Source: Chiloscyllium plagiosum
Lineage: Eukaryota
Reading direction: 5' to 3'
Length of the DNA: 64,000 nt
NCBI RefSeq assembly: GCF_004010195.1
Contig: NC_057719.1
Span: 7,781,974-7,845,973, forward strand
This document shows positions 35,005 to 49,199 of this stretch, in pieces. The notes beneath the pieces were generated by a model. That model did no database searches. It saw only the letters and a program-made list of their open reading frames with translations, and was not told the DNA's origin. Each line of letters opens with the position of its first letter. Within the stretch, counting starts at the first letter, position 1. A program made the position numbers and the translations under genes.

Positions 35005-36195
35005 GTGAGGAGTCAGTGCTGGACTGGGATGGACAAGGTCTGAATCGACGAGTGTGGTGCTGGAAAAGCACAGATAGCTAGGCAGCATCCGAGGAGCAGA
35101 AGAATCGACATTTTGAGCATAAGCTCTTCATCAGGACTGAGGGGTTGGCCCAAGGGAGCTAGGAGTTAAATGGGAGGTAGGTGGGGCTGGGGGAAAGGTA
35201 GCTGAGAATGCGATAGGTAGATGAAGGTGATAGAGTGGAGGGGATAAGTGGGAAGGAAGATGGACAGGTAGGACAGGTCAAGAGGCCGTTGCTGAGTTGG
35301 AAGGTTAGATCTGGGATAAGGTGGGGTTAGGGTAAATGAGGAAACTGGTGAAATCCTCATTGATCCCGTGTGGCTGCAGGGTCCCAAGGTGGATGACGAA
35401 GCATTCTTTCTCCAGGCGCAGATGGTAAGGATTTGGCAGTGAGCCATTACCCCAGGCTGAATGCCCTTGACTGCTGGAGTGTTCCCCAATTAGGACGGAA
35501 CATTCCTGTTTGGCAATTGTTACATGATATCCATTCATCCGTTGTTGTAGCATCTGCATGGTATTGCCAATATACCATGCCTCAGGGCATCCTTGCTTGC
35601 AGCGTATGAAGTAGACAACATTGGCTGACTCACATGAGTAGCTGAAAATGTGTTGCTGGAAAAGCGCAGCAGGTCAGGCAGCATCCAAGGAATTCCTGAA
35701 GAAAGGCTCATGCCCGAAACGTCGATTCTCCTGCTCCTTGGATGCTGCCTGACCTGCTGCACTTTTCCAGCAACACATTTTCAGCTCTGATCTCCAGCAT
35801 CTGAAGTCCTCACTTTCTCCTCACATGAGTAGCTGTCATGTATGGGGTGGGTGGTGTTCCCACATGTAATGGTAGTATCCATGTTGATGATCTGACATGT
35901 CTTGTAGAGGTTGCCATGACAGTTGTGGTCGATGTTGCCCTGAAGGCTAGGTAGTTTGCTGCAAACAATGGTCTGTTTAAGGTTTCGCGGTTGTTTGAAG
36001 GTGAGAATGGAGGTATAGGGATGATCTTGGTGAGATGTTCGTAGTCATCGATAATGTATTGAAGGCTGCGAAGATCGTGACATAGTTTCTTTGCTCCAGG
36101 GAAATACTGGACGATGAAGTGTACTCTAAATGTCATGTCATGTGTTTGTCTTCTGAGGATATCATTGTGGTTTTTCACTGTGGCACATCGGAGCT
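35005..36195 (-). mobile_element. Penelope-like fragments (CxxC-linker region and GIY-YIG) with terminal repeat and a nested palindromic mini-element at ~35645-35819
   Basis: VQYFPGAKKL, NVVYFIRCKQGCPEAWYIG..LQQRMNG; nested element flanked by ctcacatgagtagctg duplication. Confidence 0.8.
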
Positions 36196-37368
36196 GGCGA
36201 TTGATCAGTTGGGCCTTTTATCCCAAACAGCACCTTTAGGTCTGTTGTGCTCTTCCTTGTCTGAGCAAATCCTGAGCAGGCTTGTTCCGGCTGTTCATCC
36301 ATCTCAGTATGTTTCTGTTTTCTCTTCACACTCTTTTATCCCTTTAGCCCTAAGAACTACATCTATCTTCTTGAAATCCTTAAATGTTTTGGCAATTTTC
36401 TGTAGTGTTTGCCTGAAATTTAAAAATGTAAAGGAAACTCTTGGAACATTAAATATGGGAAAGGGTTATGTAAATCAGATGTCAGTCTTTAGATATTACA
36501 GAAACTGTCAGGATGCTGGATAAGTAAACATGGCTGCAGCAAGAGTCTTAATATTTTTATGGTAGAGGTAAATAGATTCTTGGTGACCAAGGATAGAACA
36601 GTTATTAGGGGTAAGTGGGAATGTGGATTTGAGATTATAGTCAGTTCATTCGAATGGCCTACTCTTGCTTTTAACTCTCATGTTTATATATAATACCTTT
36701 TCAGTGATGTGTCTAAAATCCCCCCCAAAATGTGAAGTTTGTAATCATACATATACTTAAATCCAGGACCATTTGTAGTTCATTGAAATGCTTTTTAAAA
36801 TGGAGAAGTACATTTGGATGACTTTTTAAGGAATTACGTTAAGGATGTCAAATGATGTTTAAGCATCCTCCCAATAGATGTGGAGAGTGAAGGTATTTTC
36901 TTTGAATGATCCAGTGATCTGGGAGAAATTGAGTGCAAGGTGAGAGTAGTAAAATTTATGCAAAGAGGTTTTGAGAGTATTATTGAGAACTGGAGGATGT
37001 CGGTGTGAATTTAATTCCCCATTTATGGCAGAACTTGGATAATTACCTTTTTAAACTATTGTGTATACAACTGGCAATACTCAATTAAGCAATTATAACA
37101 TGATTATCTGTTTAAAAATCTTGTGATGAATTTGAGCTTCCTAATTTCAGTGCCTTTGAGGTAGCCCAACATGACTAGTGAGGAATTCACTGTGACAGCT
37201 TAGAGATATCTCTATTTCAGGCAGTAACCCCCGGTGATATCAAAATATAGATTGTGATTTTTATATGGCATATTTGTGTTAAACTTTAAATGATAAAAAC
37301 CAGCCTTAGCAGTGACTTGCTTTCTGTTTGAGGAGTTCAGGACTTTTTAATGTTTGAATGCATTTCAG

Positions 37369-37455
37369 GAAACCAGTCGAGATCTAACAAATGTTGATCG
37401 GATGCTTGGGCGTTATAGAGGCTACACCAATGAACAAATGGAGACAGTGGCACAG
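37369..37455 (+). CDS. cep128: CEP128 coding exon 2
   Basis: ag|ETSRDLTNVDRMLGRYRGYTNEQMETVAQ|gt; 87 nt, phase 0/0. Confidence 0.92.
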
Positions 37456-37559
37456 GTAGGTACTTGTGAAAGATTAATAATTTTATAAGAAAAACAACTC
37501 TTGCTTTATTTCCCCTTCTCCTATTTCAGTGTGAAACATTCACCAGCAGTGTGAATCGT

Positions 37560-39150
37560 TGACCATTCTAGGGGTACTGACAACATTCCGGCAATCAAAG
37601 ACTTGTGCTTCAGAACTAGCCAGGTTCTTCCAGTACAGTTACAACACTGGCATCTACCTGATAATTGTCCATGTAAACCCTGTACATGAAGAGCTGGGCA
37701 AATCCAACCTGGTCAGTTACCACTCCATCAGTCAACTCTTGATCATTAGTAAAGTAATGGAAGGTGTCATCAATAGGCTATCAAGCAGCACCTGCTCAGC
37801 AATAACGGGCTCAGTGGCACCAAGTTTGGGATTTGCTAGAGCCAGTCAGCTCCTGACCTCATTGCAGCCTTCGTTCAAACATGAGCAAAAGAGCTGAACT
37901 CCTGAGGTGAGGTGAGATGAGAGCGACAGCCCTTGACATCAAGGCTACATTTGATTGAGTGTAGCATCAAAGAGCCTGAGCAAAACTGGAATTGATGGGT
38001 ATTGGGGGGCAAACTCTCCGGTGGTTGGAGTCATACTTGGTGCATAGGGAGATGGTTGTGATTGTTGGAAGTCAGTCATCTCAGTTCCATGACACATCTG
38101 CAGGATCTCCTCAGGGTAGCATCTGAGGCCCAACCCTATCTTCAGCTTCTTCATAAATAACCTTCCCTCCACCACAAGGTCTGAAGTGGGGATGTACGCT
38201 GATGATTGCACAGTGTTCAGCACCATTTGCGTCTCCACAGATACTGAAGCAGTCTGTGTTCAAATACAACGAGACCTGAACAATATCCAGGCTTGGGCTC
38301 AGAGGTGGCAAGTAATATTTACTCCACACAAAGGCCAGGCAATGACCAATGAGAGACGTTCAAACCAGTGTCCCTTGACGTCCATTGGTGTTACTATTCC
38401 CTGACTCCCCACTATCAGCATCCTGGGGATAACCATTGACTAGAAGCTCAACTGGACTCACCACATAAGCACAGTGGCTACAAGAGCAGGTCAGAGGCTG
38501 GGAATTTTGTGGTGAGTAACTCATCACCTGGCTTCCCAAAGTCTGTCCACAATCAAGCTCAACTGGACTCACCACATAAGCACAGTGGCTACAAGAGCAG
38601 GTCAGAGGCTGGGAATTTTGTGGTGAGTAAGGCTTCCCAAAGTCTGTCCACAATCTACAAGGCACAAGTCAGGAGTGTGATGGAATACACCCCACTTGCC
38701 TGGATGGGTGCAGCTCCAACAACAATCAAGAAACTTGACACCATCCAGGACAAAACAGTCTGCTTGATTGGCACCACATCTACAAACATCCACTTTCTCC
38801 ACCGCAAATGGTCAGCAGCAGCAGAAATTCACCAAAGATTCTCAGACAGCACTTTCCAAGCTCACCACCGCTTCCATCTAGAGGGACAGGGGTAGAAGAA
38901 TCATGGGAACGCCACCACCTGCAAGTTCCCTTCCAAGCCACTTACCATCTTGATTTGGGAACATGTCGCTGTTTGTTCACTGTCATTGGGTTGAAATCCT
39001 GGCATTCCCTCCCTAAGGGCATTGTGGGTCAACCCACAGCAGATGGACGTCAGTGGCTCAAGGAGGCAGCTCACCCCCTTCTTAAGGGCAACTAGGGACA
39101 GGCAATAAATTCTGGCCAGCCAGTGATGCCCACATCCCACAAATCAATAA
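37560..39150 (+). mobile_element. Decayed LINE (CR1/L2 group, distinct family) RT and 3' end
   Basis: ISKVMEGVIN, MYADDCTVF, YKAQVRSVMEY motifs; internal ~75 bp duplication. Confidence 0.8.
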
Positions 39151-39379
39151 AGACAAGTGAGAAAACATCTCTCTTGAGCCTCCTGTTATTTTCATAGTCA
39201 GAAGTCTGCTGGAGCATGAGAAACGTATCATTTAATTTACTCTTTAATTATTCCTAGTTGTTCCACATCCTCCGTTATTAATTCCATATTTGCTACATCT
39301 TTGAGATGCTCTTACGTTACAATGATGGACCAAAATCGAGAGTGTGGTGCTGGAAAAGCACAGCAGGTCAGGCAGCATT

Positions 39380-39860
39380 GAGTCATAGAGATGTACAGCA
39401 TGGAAACAGACCCTTTGGTCCAACCCAACCCAAGCCCCCAGGCCATATCCCTCCAAACCCTTCCTATTCATATACCCATTCAAATGCCTTTTAAATGTTG
39501 CAATTGAACCAGCCTTCACAGCTTCCTCTGGCAGCTCATTCCATACACGTGCCACTCTCTATGTGAAAAAGTTGCCCCTTAGGTCTCTTTTATATCTTTC
39601 CCCTCTCACCCTAAACNNNNNNNNNNNNNNNNNNNNNNNNNNNNNNNNNNNNNNNNNNNNNNNNNNNNNNNNNNNNNNNNNNNNNNNNNNNNNNNNNNNN
39701 NNNNNNNNNNNNTGGCAACATCCTTGTAAATCTTTTCTGAACCCTTTCAAGTTTCACAACATCTTTCTGATAGGAAGGAGACCAGAATTGCACGCAATAT
39801 TCCAAAAGTGGCCTAACCAATGTCCTGTACAGCCGCAACATGACATCCCAACTCCTGATC
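39380..39860 (-). mobile_element. CR1 3' fragment spanning a gap, nested in a Penelope terminal repeat (39336-39910)
   Basis: LYRTLVRPLLEYC and RGNFFT motifs; flanks rejoin as ...ggcagcat|ctgaggagcaggagaatcg. Confidence 0.82.
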
Positions 39861-41096
39861 TGAGGAGCAGGAGAATCGATGTTTCGGGCATAAGCACTTC
39901 ATCAGGAATGAGGCTCCAATGACGGAGCAAAGGACTATGCTGCTTACTGGACAAAATCTCTTTGTTGCAGTCAGGTGTATGGGTGGGGTCCAGTGGGTTG
40001 GTCATCAGGGACTGTGCTGATCTGTGAGGTGGAGGGTGTTGTGTCAGCTTTGTTGTAGGTCATTTTAACTGCCATCCGCTGTTGCGAATGCTCCAATTAA
40101 GGATCTCAGATTTATTATTATTCAGTCGTGGGATAGGGGTTCTGGTCTGGGTGGGTTACTCTTCGGAGGGTCGGTGTGGACTTCCTGGGCCAAAGGGTCT
40201 GTTTCCATACTGTAGGGAATCTAACCTTATAAACAAAGCCCTTCATTTGCCTTTGTAAAGCTGGACTGAGATATTGGAGCGAGTTGGTTCACTCTTTCAA
40301 AGAACTAGCTAAAAATTAATGGAACAAGTCTCCTCAGAATGGGTTTTGTGATTGTGACAATACCCACCATTTTTAAGAAGAATCCGTTAAACCCGTTAAT
40401 TACTGTTGTATACTTGTAAACGTGTTTAAAATTGCGACCTTTGTGGTCTGACCTCCCATACTTTGTTTGTTTTCCTCTTGTGCTTGCATACCAGCTTAAA
40501 AAAAACTTTCCTGAAAAAAAATCAGAAATTGCTGTAAAAACCGAGCAGGTCTGTTTCAGGTCCAGTAACCCTTCCTCAGAGCTGAATGGACTTTGAACTG
40601 ACAAAACTTTCTGATTTTGGATTCAAAGACACTTAAATTATGATAGATTCTGTTATGTAGTAATTCCCAACATATATTTTGCAGCTGAGTTTTATGGAGC
40701 TGCCTTTTTTTTGGCACTTGCTCTCAGCAGTGCAGATGCGAACTGACATAAAGCCCAATTAGGCTGAAGAATCCTGGCACTTTAAGATGGAGGATTCCTT
40801 GGCTTTTTTTTAAACATACCATGGACATCGGATTGTTTTGTGAAGTTCAGTCTCTTCTGAATCTATTACAAGATGTTTTAATGACTTTCTGGTAACTTTT
40901 ATTCAGTAAAGCCAGTGGTGAAGTATCATCACACAGCATAGATATGTGCTGGAAATTCTTAAACAATTAAATAATTGATTAGTTCTGAAGTGGCATTTTA
41001 AATGTCATAACCTTAGTTTTGGCGCAGTTGTGGAAATTATATTTTGAATAAAGTAACACAAGAGATTTTAACCTAAATTTCTCTTAATATTTGAAG

Positions 41097-41214
41097 CTAC
41101 GAGATGATTTGGAACAATCCATTGATGAGTTGCGAAGTCAGCGATTGAGCAGACAAGCTGGACGTTCAATTCCTTCTCTTCGTACAAGTGACCTTCAAGA
41201 TAACTCAGCAACAA
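41097..41214 (+). CDS. cep128: CEP128 coding exon 3
   Basis: ag|LRDDLEQSIDELRSQRLSRQAGRS...DNSAT+A|gtaag; 118 nt, phase 0/1. Confidence 0.92.
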
Positions 41215-42961
41215 GTAAGAAAAACCTTCTCATAATGAGACTCTAAGATGGTGGAATAGGTTGTTCTTTAAATTTTATGTCCATACAAACCATTACAAGC
41301 AAAATACCGTACTTCATTGCAGCTGTTCCTTCTGTGATTTTTCTTGCATGATCCTGAGGAGGGTGGGCTGTTTATGGTATAAATGTGGCATCTAATGAAA
41401 TTCCTCCAATTATAAGTTTCTTTCTTCTGAAGCCTGGATGAGTGCAGCTCCAGTACTATTCATGAAGCTCGACACTGTCCAGGAGAAAGCACTCTGCTTG
41501 ATTGACCACCATTCCATCCACAATCTGATTCTGTCATCTTTTGATGCGGCAATCCATGAAGGATTCCTTTGACAGCTCCTTTTTAAACCCACAACCTTTA
41601 TCTGGAAGAATAAGGACAGCAGAAGCACACTGTCACCTGCAAGGTTACCATCAAGTCACACATTGTCCTGACTTGGAACTATCTCTTTGATCTTGCAACA
41701 GTGAAGAAACAATATCCTGGAACTTGCTTCGTAACAGCGCTGTGGCTATCTGTACCACATGGACTCATTCAAGATGGAGGCTCACTACTAACTTCTGATG
41801 GGCATTGAGGGATGGCCAATAAATGGTGGCCTATTGGTGATGCTCACATCCCATGAATGGGAATAAAAAAGGCCACTGAAGTATGGTTTGTTATTTGCAT
41901 GAACTTGGATCTCAATGAATCTAATAATATCCTTCTCTGCATCCATTCACTGTCCAGCTATTGTGATGGGGACCCTTGCTTGCCTTTCCTATCAGCCCAA
42001 ACTCCATTCTAATTTGTAGAAGGTTGACTGTCCAACCGTAGCTGTTCAGTGGGTTATGGGTTAACCATGATGGACGGCACCATACTGCGGTGTTCTCCAC
42101 TTCACTTGAGCCTAAGCATCGTATTGAAGCCCTTCTGCAAGTCTCTGTATACCACGTAAATTGCATTGCCTTTTTCTACTGTTTCTATAATTACTTTTTT
42201 TAAACGTAACTTGATATTTTTATTTCATATTTCCACTTTGGTGTACAGATGGTCTTTTTGACTGTCTCCTTTACTGGTGCATTTTGCATCATCATTTTCC
42301 TTTAGATTCAGGCTGATCTCTTTGACTGTCTGTGGCATCTAAGTTTTAGTTTCTGTTTTTTAGAGGAACATATTTCTCCTGGATTTTGTTGGTCTTTTCT
42401 GTTGTTCTACCTTTTTGTCAGTATTTTGGTCCATTTTATCTTCCTCCATAACAGTTGTAATAGTTGGTTGTTTTGTATTATGGTGTGCTTGTGTCTGTTT
42501 CCTGTGCATCCCATCCCCAACCCCACAAATCTCCTTAGCTAGCACCTTCTTAAACTCTCAACCTCTATCACCTCTAAGAACAAGGGCACTCAGAAGCTTG
42601 GAAATACCTTCACCTGCCAGTTCATCCCCAAGTCAGATACCATCCTGACTTAGAACTGTGTTGCTGTTCCTTCTCTGTTGCTGAGGCAAATTTAAGGAAT
42701 TTACTTCCTAACAGCACTGTGGGTCTACCTCCACCAGATAGACTGCAGCTGTTCAAGCAGATGACTTACTAAACTTTTCATTCCTCCATTTTATTCCTGT
42801 TGATTAATATTCTTTCCAATGAAATTTCCCTCTTTTACTAAGTTAAAGTCATTTTTGTAAACAGTTCAATGTTTCCTTGAATTATTTCCAACTTTTTAAA
42901 ATTGCGCTTGCTAGTTGAATGTGTTTGATCAAGTAAACTTATTGTAGTATTACTTTTCCAG

Positions 42962-43083
42962 ACAGTCGTCTGTACCGTACTACCTCACCCCTCAGGGACC
43001 CTGGAGAGTACCGAGGAACGGACCGTAGAAGATCCAGATCTGCAACTGTGAGATTTGTAGATGACCTGGAGCCATTGAATCAC
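42962..43083 (+). CDS. cep128: CEP128 coding exon 4
   Basis: ag|(N)SRLYRTTSPLRDPGEYRGTDRRRSRSATVRFVDDLEPLNH|gtatg; 122 nt, phase 1/0. Confidence 0.9.
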
Positions 43084-43744
43084 GTATGTTAAAATATTAA
43101 ATACATGGAGTGTCAATTTGCCCATCTGAATCTTTCTATTGAAATCTAGAGATCTCTGACCTCCGCATCTATTTGTCCATGGTGCCTCTTGATTCAATGT
43201 TTATAATTTTCTACAAATTTATTATTTTATAGTTATCTACCTTCAAAGTCCTTACTAATTTCTTTTTTTCTGAGGAATGGAGTGACTCGGGCTGTTTCCA
43301 GACGAAGGGCTCCTGCCCGAAACGTCGATTTTCCTGCTCCTCGGATGCTGCCTGGCCTGCTGTGCATTTCCAGCACCACTCTAATCTTAACTCTAATCTC
43401 CAGCATCTGCTGTCCTCACTTTCGTAAAGCTGGTGTCTGCCCTCCCATTTCAAAGAAGAGAAATGGATTTCTGGGCAATACTTACCTCTTAGCCAACGTA
43501 ATAGGGGAAGATTGTTTGATCATTCTGTTCTTGCTGTCTCTCCTTGTATGCAAAGTGGCTGCTGTGCTAGTTACATTACACTTCAAAATTACTTCATTGG
43601 CTGCACAGACAATATTTTGAAATTGTGGAAGATGCTTTAGAAAGGTGGAAGTCTTACAAAAGGTTGGAATTATGATGAAATAGTGAAAAAGCAACACACT
43701 TGTTTATTTTGTAAAAACTGAAAAAAATCCCTCCCCTCCCCTAT

Positions 43745-44335
43745 CAGCGCATCCGCTGCACCCGATGTGGCCACCTCTACATTGGGGAGACAGGCCGCCT
43801 ACTTACGGAACGTTTCAGAGAACACCTCTGGGACACCTGCGCCAATCAAAGCAACCGCCCCGTGGCAGAAAACGTTTTAACTACCCCTCCCACTCCGCCA
43901 AGGACATGCAGTCCTTGGCCTTCTTCATCGCCAGACCATGGCAACACGACGCCTGGAGGAAGAGCGCCTCATCTTCCGCCTAGGAACCCTCCAACCACAA
44001 GAGTTGAATGCAGATTTCTCCAGCTTCCTCATTTCCCCTCCCCCCACCTTATCTCAGTCCTAACCCTCCAACTCAGCACCGCCTTCTTGACCTGCAATCT
44101 TCTTCCCGATCTCTCCGCCCCATCCCCTCTCCAGCCTAACACCCTCACCTTGACCTCCTTCCACCTATCGCATTCCCAACGCCCCTCCTCCAAGTCCCTC
44201 CTCCCTACCTTTTATCTAAGCCTGCTTGGCACACCTTCTTCATTCCTAAAGAAGGGCTTATGCCCGAAACGTCGATTCTCCTGCTCCTTGGATGCTGCCT
44301 GACCTGCTGCGCTTTTCCAGCAACACATTTTTCAG
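43745..44335 (+). mobile_element. Penelope-like 3' fragment (GIY-YIG and terminal repeat)
   Basis: IRCTRCGHLYIGETGRLLTERFREHLWDT followed by the same terminal repeat as the palindromic mini-elements. Confidence 0.88.
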
Positions 44336-45264
44336 AAATGTTCAACAAGTCAGGCAGCATCTGTGGACGGTGAAAGCGAGTTTACAATTCAGGCTGACGA
44401 CCATCTAGTCTGTGAAATGTAGAATCTGTTTCTCTTTCAACAGCTGTTGCCTAACCTGAGGATTTCCAGAACATTCTGTTTCTATTTAAGATGTACAGCA
44501 GCTGAAGTATTTTACTTATACTTGTGTCTATTGACTGCCTGGCTTTATACTAGTATTTAACTGTTGGGTTAAACAGTTCTGACTGCATCACATCACCAAC
44601 ATTTCAATTCCGTGCTCTCTCTGTACTGGGAGTGCTTCTTTCAGATGCTATGTTAAGTTGGGGCTCCATCTACTTGTTGAGGTGTGTTCTATCCAGGGCT
44701 TTGCATCAAGGCTGAGGCTTTTTCTTTTCATTTTTAATAAGTAATTTGGAATTGGCCTTTTGGTAGCTGCAGGTTGGTTGTTTTATTTCCAGCTTTTGCC
44801 CCTCTTTACTGTTGGAGAACGTACAGAGTAGAATATTTAAATTGTGACAACTTCTACCTGTATTTCCTGGACTTTACTTAGTGGATTGTGTCAAAATGCT
44901 GTGTACACACTGCTTACCTGTGTACAGCCACTATACAGCTAAATACAGACTGAATGCTCGCTCCACGTAGCTATGATTTTCAGTGGTTTGATTTAAGCAT
45001 GCTGATCTCAACACGGCAATGAATTTCTGAATTTGTTAGGCACCTAGCTACACAAAAATGTACATACGTTTAACCTCTTTTTCCTTATATTTAGAAATCA
45101 GTGCCATCAAATGTAGCTCCTCAGCTCAACAAAGATCTTCCATGTGTGTTGCTGTATCGAAAAAAGCAGTGATGATTAAGCAACTGATCTTATTTCTGTA
45201 GAACTGATACTGGAAATTGCAGTGTAAAACAGTGATCCAAATAAGACGTCTGATTTTCCTGCAG

Positions 45265-45356
45265 GTACACACCTTGCATAGGTCAGTAAGAGATTTAAGG
45301 AGTGACCAGTTTCGCCTTGGAGAGGAATTTGATGAGGAAGTAGCAAAGCGGAATAG
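45265..45356 (+). CDS. cep128: CEP128 coding exon 5
   Basis: cag|VHTLHRSVRDLRSDQFRLGEEFDEEVAKRN+AG|gtatg; 92 nt, phase 0/2. Confidence 0.92.
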
Positions 45357-46237
45357 GTATGGATTCCTCTTTTCTCCTCCATTGGCTACTCATTAGCAGG
45401 CTGTGTACTTCAATACTTAAAGCTCTTAGCCTCCAGACAGCGATTGACTTAAGAAAACCAGTCAAGTTATCAAAATTGAAACTTTGGGTGCATATATTTC
45501 AACCCATGGCCTTCTTTCACTGTTGGCAACTCAACAAATCACATTACAGTGCATTGCCTCCCTGTGCAATTCCTAAAGCTGATTGGATGGCTCTTAACTG
45601 ATCCTCCAAATAACCATTGTCCCCCATTATTAATATTTTCATAATTAATAAATTTAAATCAAGTTCAAGTGCATATTTATGTTTTAAGATATTTGATGTT
45701 CTCTATGTGTTTACTTACAATATCATTTTGGAGCTTAGTCTTTAATTCCTGAAATGGGCCCTTAATCAATCAAATTGGCTTTTTGCCTCTGTGGAATGGA
45801 TTGCTAATTGCGGTGGCAGCTTGTCCCTAGGAGAGTAGCCTGGAGGGGTCAGTGTCATCAGGAAGCCATCGTGACCCACTGCTATCTGAATTTCACAGTC
45901 TCTAAAGCTGCCTCTGTGGAGCTGGGAAAATTTAACCCTGTTTAACCAGGTATGCACAGCAGGAACAGATCAAATGTTCTGAGTAAATCTGATGTTTTCT
46001 GTTGATCAGCCTTGCTGTTTACTCCCTCTTGGTTCTGTCTTGGTGGACCTCTCAACTGAATATCTCTACTCTGCCAAGCCTGAGGCAGGAAGCAATCATT
46101 AGTTTTACACTGCTAAAAGTAAAATCTCTTGGGTGGGGTAGTTGGTGTGAGGGGGGGGTGTTAGATGGGCTGAATTTTAGATTGCCTGTCAGGTTTGTCT
46201 TCAACATAGATGATGTAAACATTTTTTTCAAAAACAG

Positions 46238-46310
46238 GACTGATTCAGAGACTCGAAAGGCTGTGAACTCCATATCAGAGAAACTCCGAGACATGTCCAG
46301 GACAGAAACA
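46238..46310 (+). CDS. cep128: CEP128 coding exon 6
   Basis: cag|G+TDSETRKAVNSISEKLRDMSRTET|gtgag; 73 nt, phase 2/0. Confidence 0.92.
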
Positions 46311-49199
46311 GTGAGTTCTGAACATATGTTCAACAAAAATGTGATCATTCATAGGTTGAAGCATAGCAAAGCAGGCAACCATATTGTGCTATCTTAACGC
46401 AAGTGGATTTTGACATATTTATTTAACCAAAGGAAATAATTGTTTTCATTCATCCTAGAATTATTGTGATCTTAATATGTTGTAATTGCATGTAAGCTAG
46501 TCAGCTGTTGAACAAAGTAACAGACAATGGGAAGATTGTATTTAATTTCATGACAAAATCCACAAGTGTGGAGACTGAACTTCATATACAATTGTAACAA
46601 GGCTGGACAGACTAGATACAAGGAGGATGTTTTTCCTGGTTGCACAGTCTTGTGCCAGAGGTCATAATCTAAGGATATAAGCTAGGCCATTTAGGACTGA
46701 GGTGAGGAACCATCCCTTCACTCAGAAGGGTAGTCAATTTGTGGAATTTGCTATGGGAAGGCTGTGAGGCCACAAAACTTTTCATTGTTGTAAGCATCTC
46801 AAGGGATGTGGAGAGAATGCAGTATATGGAGCTCATATTGCCATGCTCATATTGAATGGTGGAGCAGACTCAAAAGGTCACATGTCCAGCTCCTAGTTTC
46901 TATGTTGATAACATGTGGAAAAACACAAGGCTTGGAATTCCAACAGGTTATACAGACCAAAGATGCATTGATGAAATACCTTAAGTATCCTCCTCCTTAA
47001 GTTTCTTGCCTGAATGCAGGGTTGGGCAAGGAGCTAGGTGTCAAATTGTCACCAGCCAAAAGAGGGATCGAAACCCATACAATTGGCACCTGTTTTATCC
47101 ACTCTGGCTATCCAGCCAACTGAACCAAACAGCCCTCCAAGGAGTCCCGAGTTGCTGTGGCTGTAAGCTATGAATAGCGTAATTGAGTCTTCAATTTTCT
47201 TTTGACCATAGAGCTGACCAGGTATCTCTCCCACTTGTATCACCTGCGGTTGGTGTATGTTAGGTTTACAGGTTGATATTCGACCTATTTGGATTGGGAA
47301 AGAACTTTCCAAAGCTCATAAAGTCCTGGAGGGGTCTTGAGTCTATTTGTTCTAGCTAACAGAAGCATTAGTGCCTTTAATTATATGTAACAAAGAATGA
47401 TAGCAACCTGAACAAAGCCCTCTCCCTTGTCTGCTACATGAATATATTCTTCAAAAACTACTTAATTCTTTTTGTGTAACACATTACCTTTCCCTCCATT
47501 TTAAAATTATTTTTAGTAGCAGCTTTTATTGGAATACTTAGATTGACACTTCAATAATCCTCAAGGAACATGAGTCAAAGACGACTAGATGTATCTTTAA
47601 TCTTTAATTAACTTGAATTTCTTATCAAAGAGCTATCTGGAAATTCTTTATCTCCCAACCTGAGTAAGTGCTCATTGCCTGAATTTGATCTGCTTTAAAT
47701 CATTCCAAATTATGTTCATGTAGCCACCACCAGTCCTCATCTAGTCTATTGATTTATGATTTTGGCAAGGGGTTACAAATTCAGTGAAAGTCAGGTGAAA
47801 AATATCACCAATTGAGGTTTCATTCTTTGCACAATAAACATGCAGTTATAGTCTCAAAGTAAGAATCTGCAATATACTGAGATAAAAACCCGAGAGTTTA
47901 ATCTGTTGTTATGAAGGCAGCGTTTTTTTTATTTTCAGGCAGTGGGTATTGCTGGCAAGGTTGGCATTCATTGCCTGTCTCTAGTTCCCTGAGTGGGTTG
48001 TCTTCTCCAACAGTTTGGGCATCTTCCTTCCCCCACCGGATTCCTGAATTTGTCACCAGGATGCCAGTACAATAAGACTATCTGTTGCATTCCCTTTTAT
48101 TGATACTTATTTCTAAAATAAAGGGCTTCTTCCTTGCTGGTGAGGCGCCTCATTCCAGATTCAGAAGAAGTTTGTATTTTGAAGGAGATTGCAAGATTAA
48201 TTTCAAAGGCTTTTCATGTTCTTTGTATATTTGGAGAGCAGACACCACCATAAATTGCTGGAAGCTGTAAGGATATGTGGCTTCTTGTAAGAGATAAAAT
48301 GGTCTTGAAACTTCAACATTCTAGATGGTTTTTTTAAACTGTTTCTCTAATTTTGCAAAGTACTTCTAGTTAGTATCTTAGAATGCTAAAGGAGTAATGA
48401 GCATGGGAAGGCCATTCAGTTCCTCCAGTGGTTTTCAATTCAGTTTGTTATTGGCTAATCTGTGTCTTGACCCAGGTGACTGGTCTGCCTTGAATGCCCT
48501 TGACTAACAAAATCTATCAATCAAAAACATTGACATTTTCAATTGACCTCCAGCCCGAACAGTTATTTAAGTGGGAATTTAGGGCCTGCTCTATGTAAAG
48601 AAATGCTTCCTGGCATCACCCTTTAAACAGCCTTGCTATGTTTTAAAATGGTGCTTCCTTGTTCTGGATTCCACTAGCAGAGGAACTAATTTCTCTGTGA
48701 CTCTGGTGACTGTGCCATATCTGGGAATTAACCCCAGTCCCTGTTTTTTCTCTATAGTTCTGCAATTTTTTTTCTTTTCCAAGTATTTAGCCATACTCTC
48801 TTGAAAGTTATTTGAGTTTGATTTTTAAATCCCATTCTGATGGAAAAAAAAAGCTCATTTCCTCTACCTCATTCTCTTTGGCTCTTTATTTTTTTTGGCT
48901 AGTTAACTTAAACTATTTCCTCTGTTGATCATTTTGCCTTCGGAAATAGTTTTGGCCTTATCAAAGCCTTTCATAGTTCATGTATCTTCATTAAGTCTCT
49001 CCTCGACCTCTAGCTAAAGGAAAACAGTTCTTAACTTATCTGTATAATGGAAATCTCTGGTTATAATTGTAGCAAATATTTTTTCCACTATCATTGAAGC
49101 CCTGATATTCTCTCGAAAGTGTGGTGTTGAGATTTGGGCAAGGTATACCTGAGGCCTCACCTTATTAAAAGTTTAAAATTGCATCCTTGATTTTGTGCC

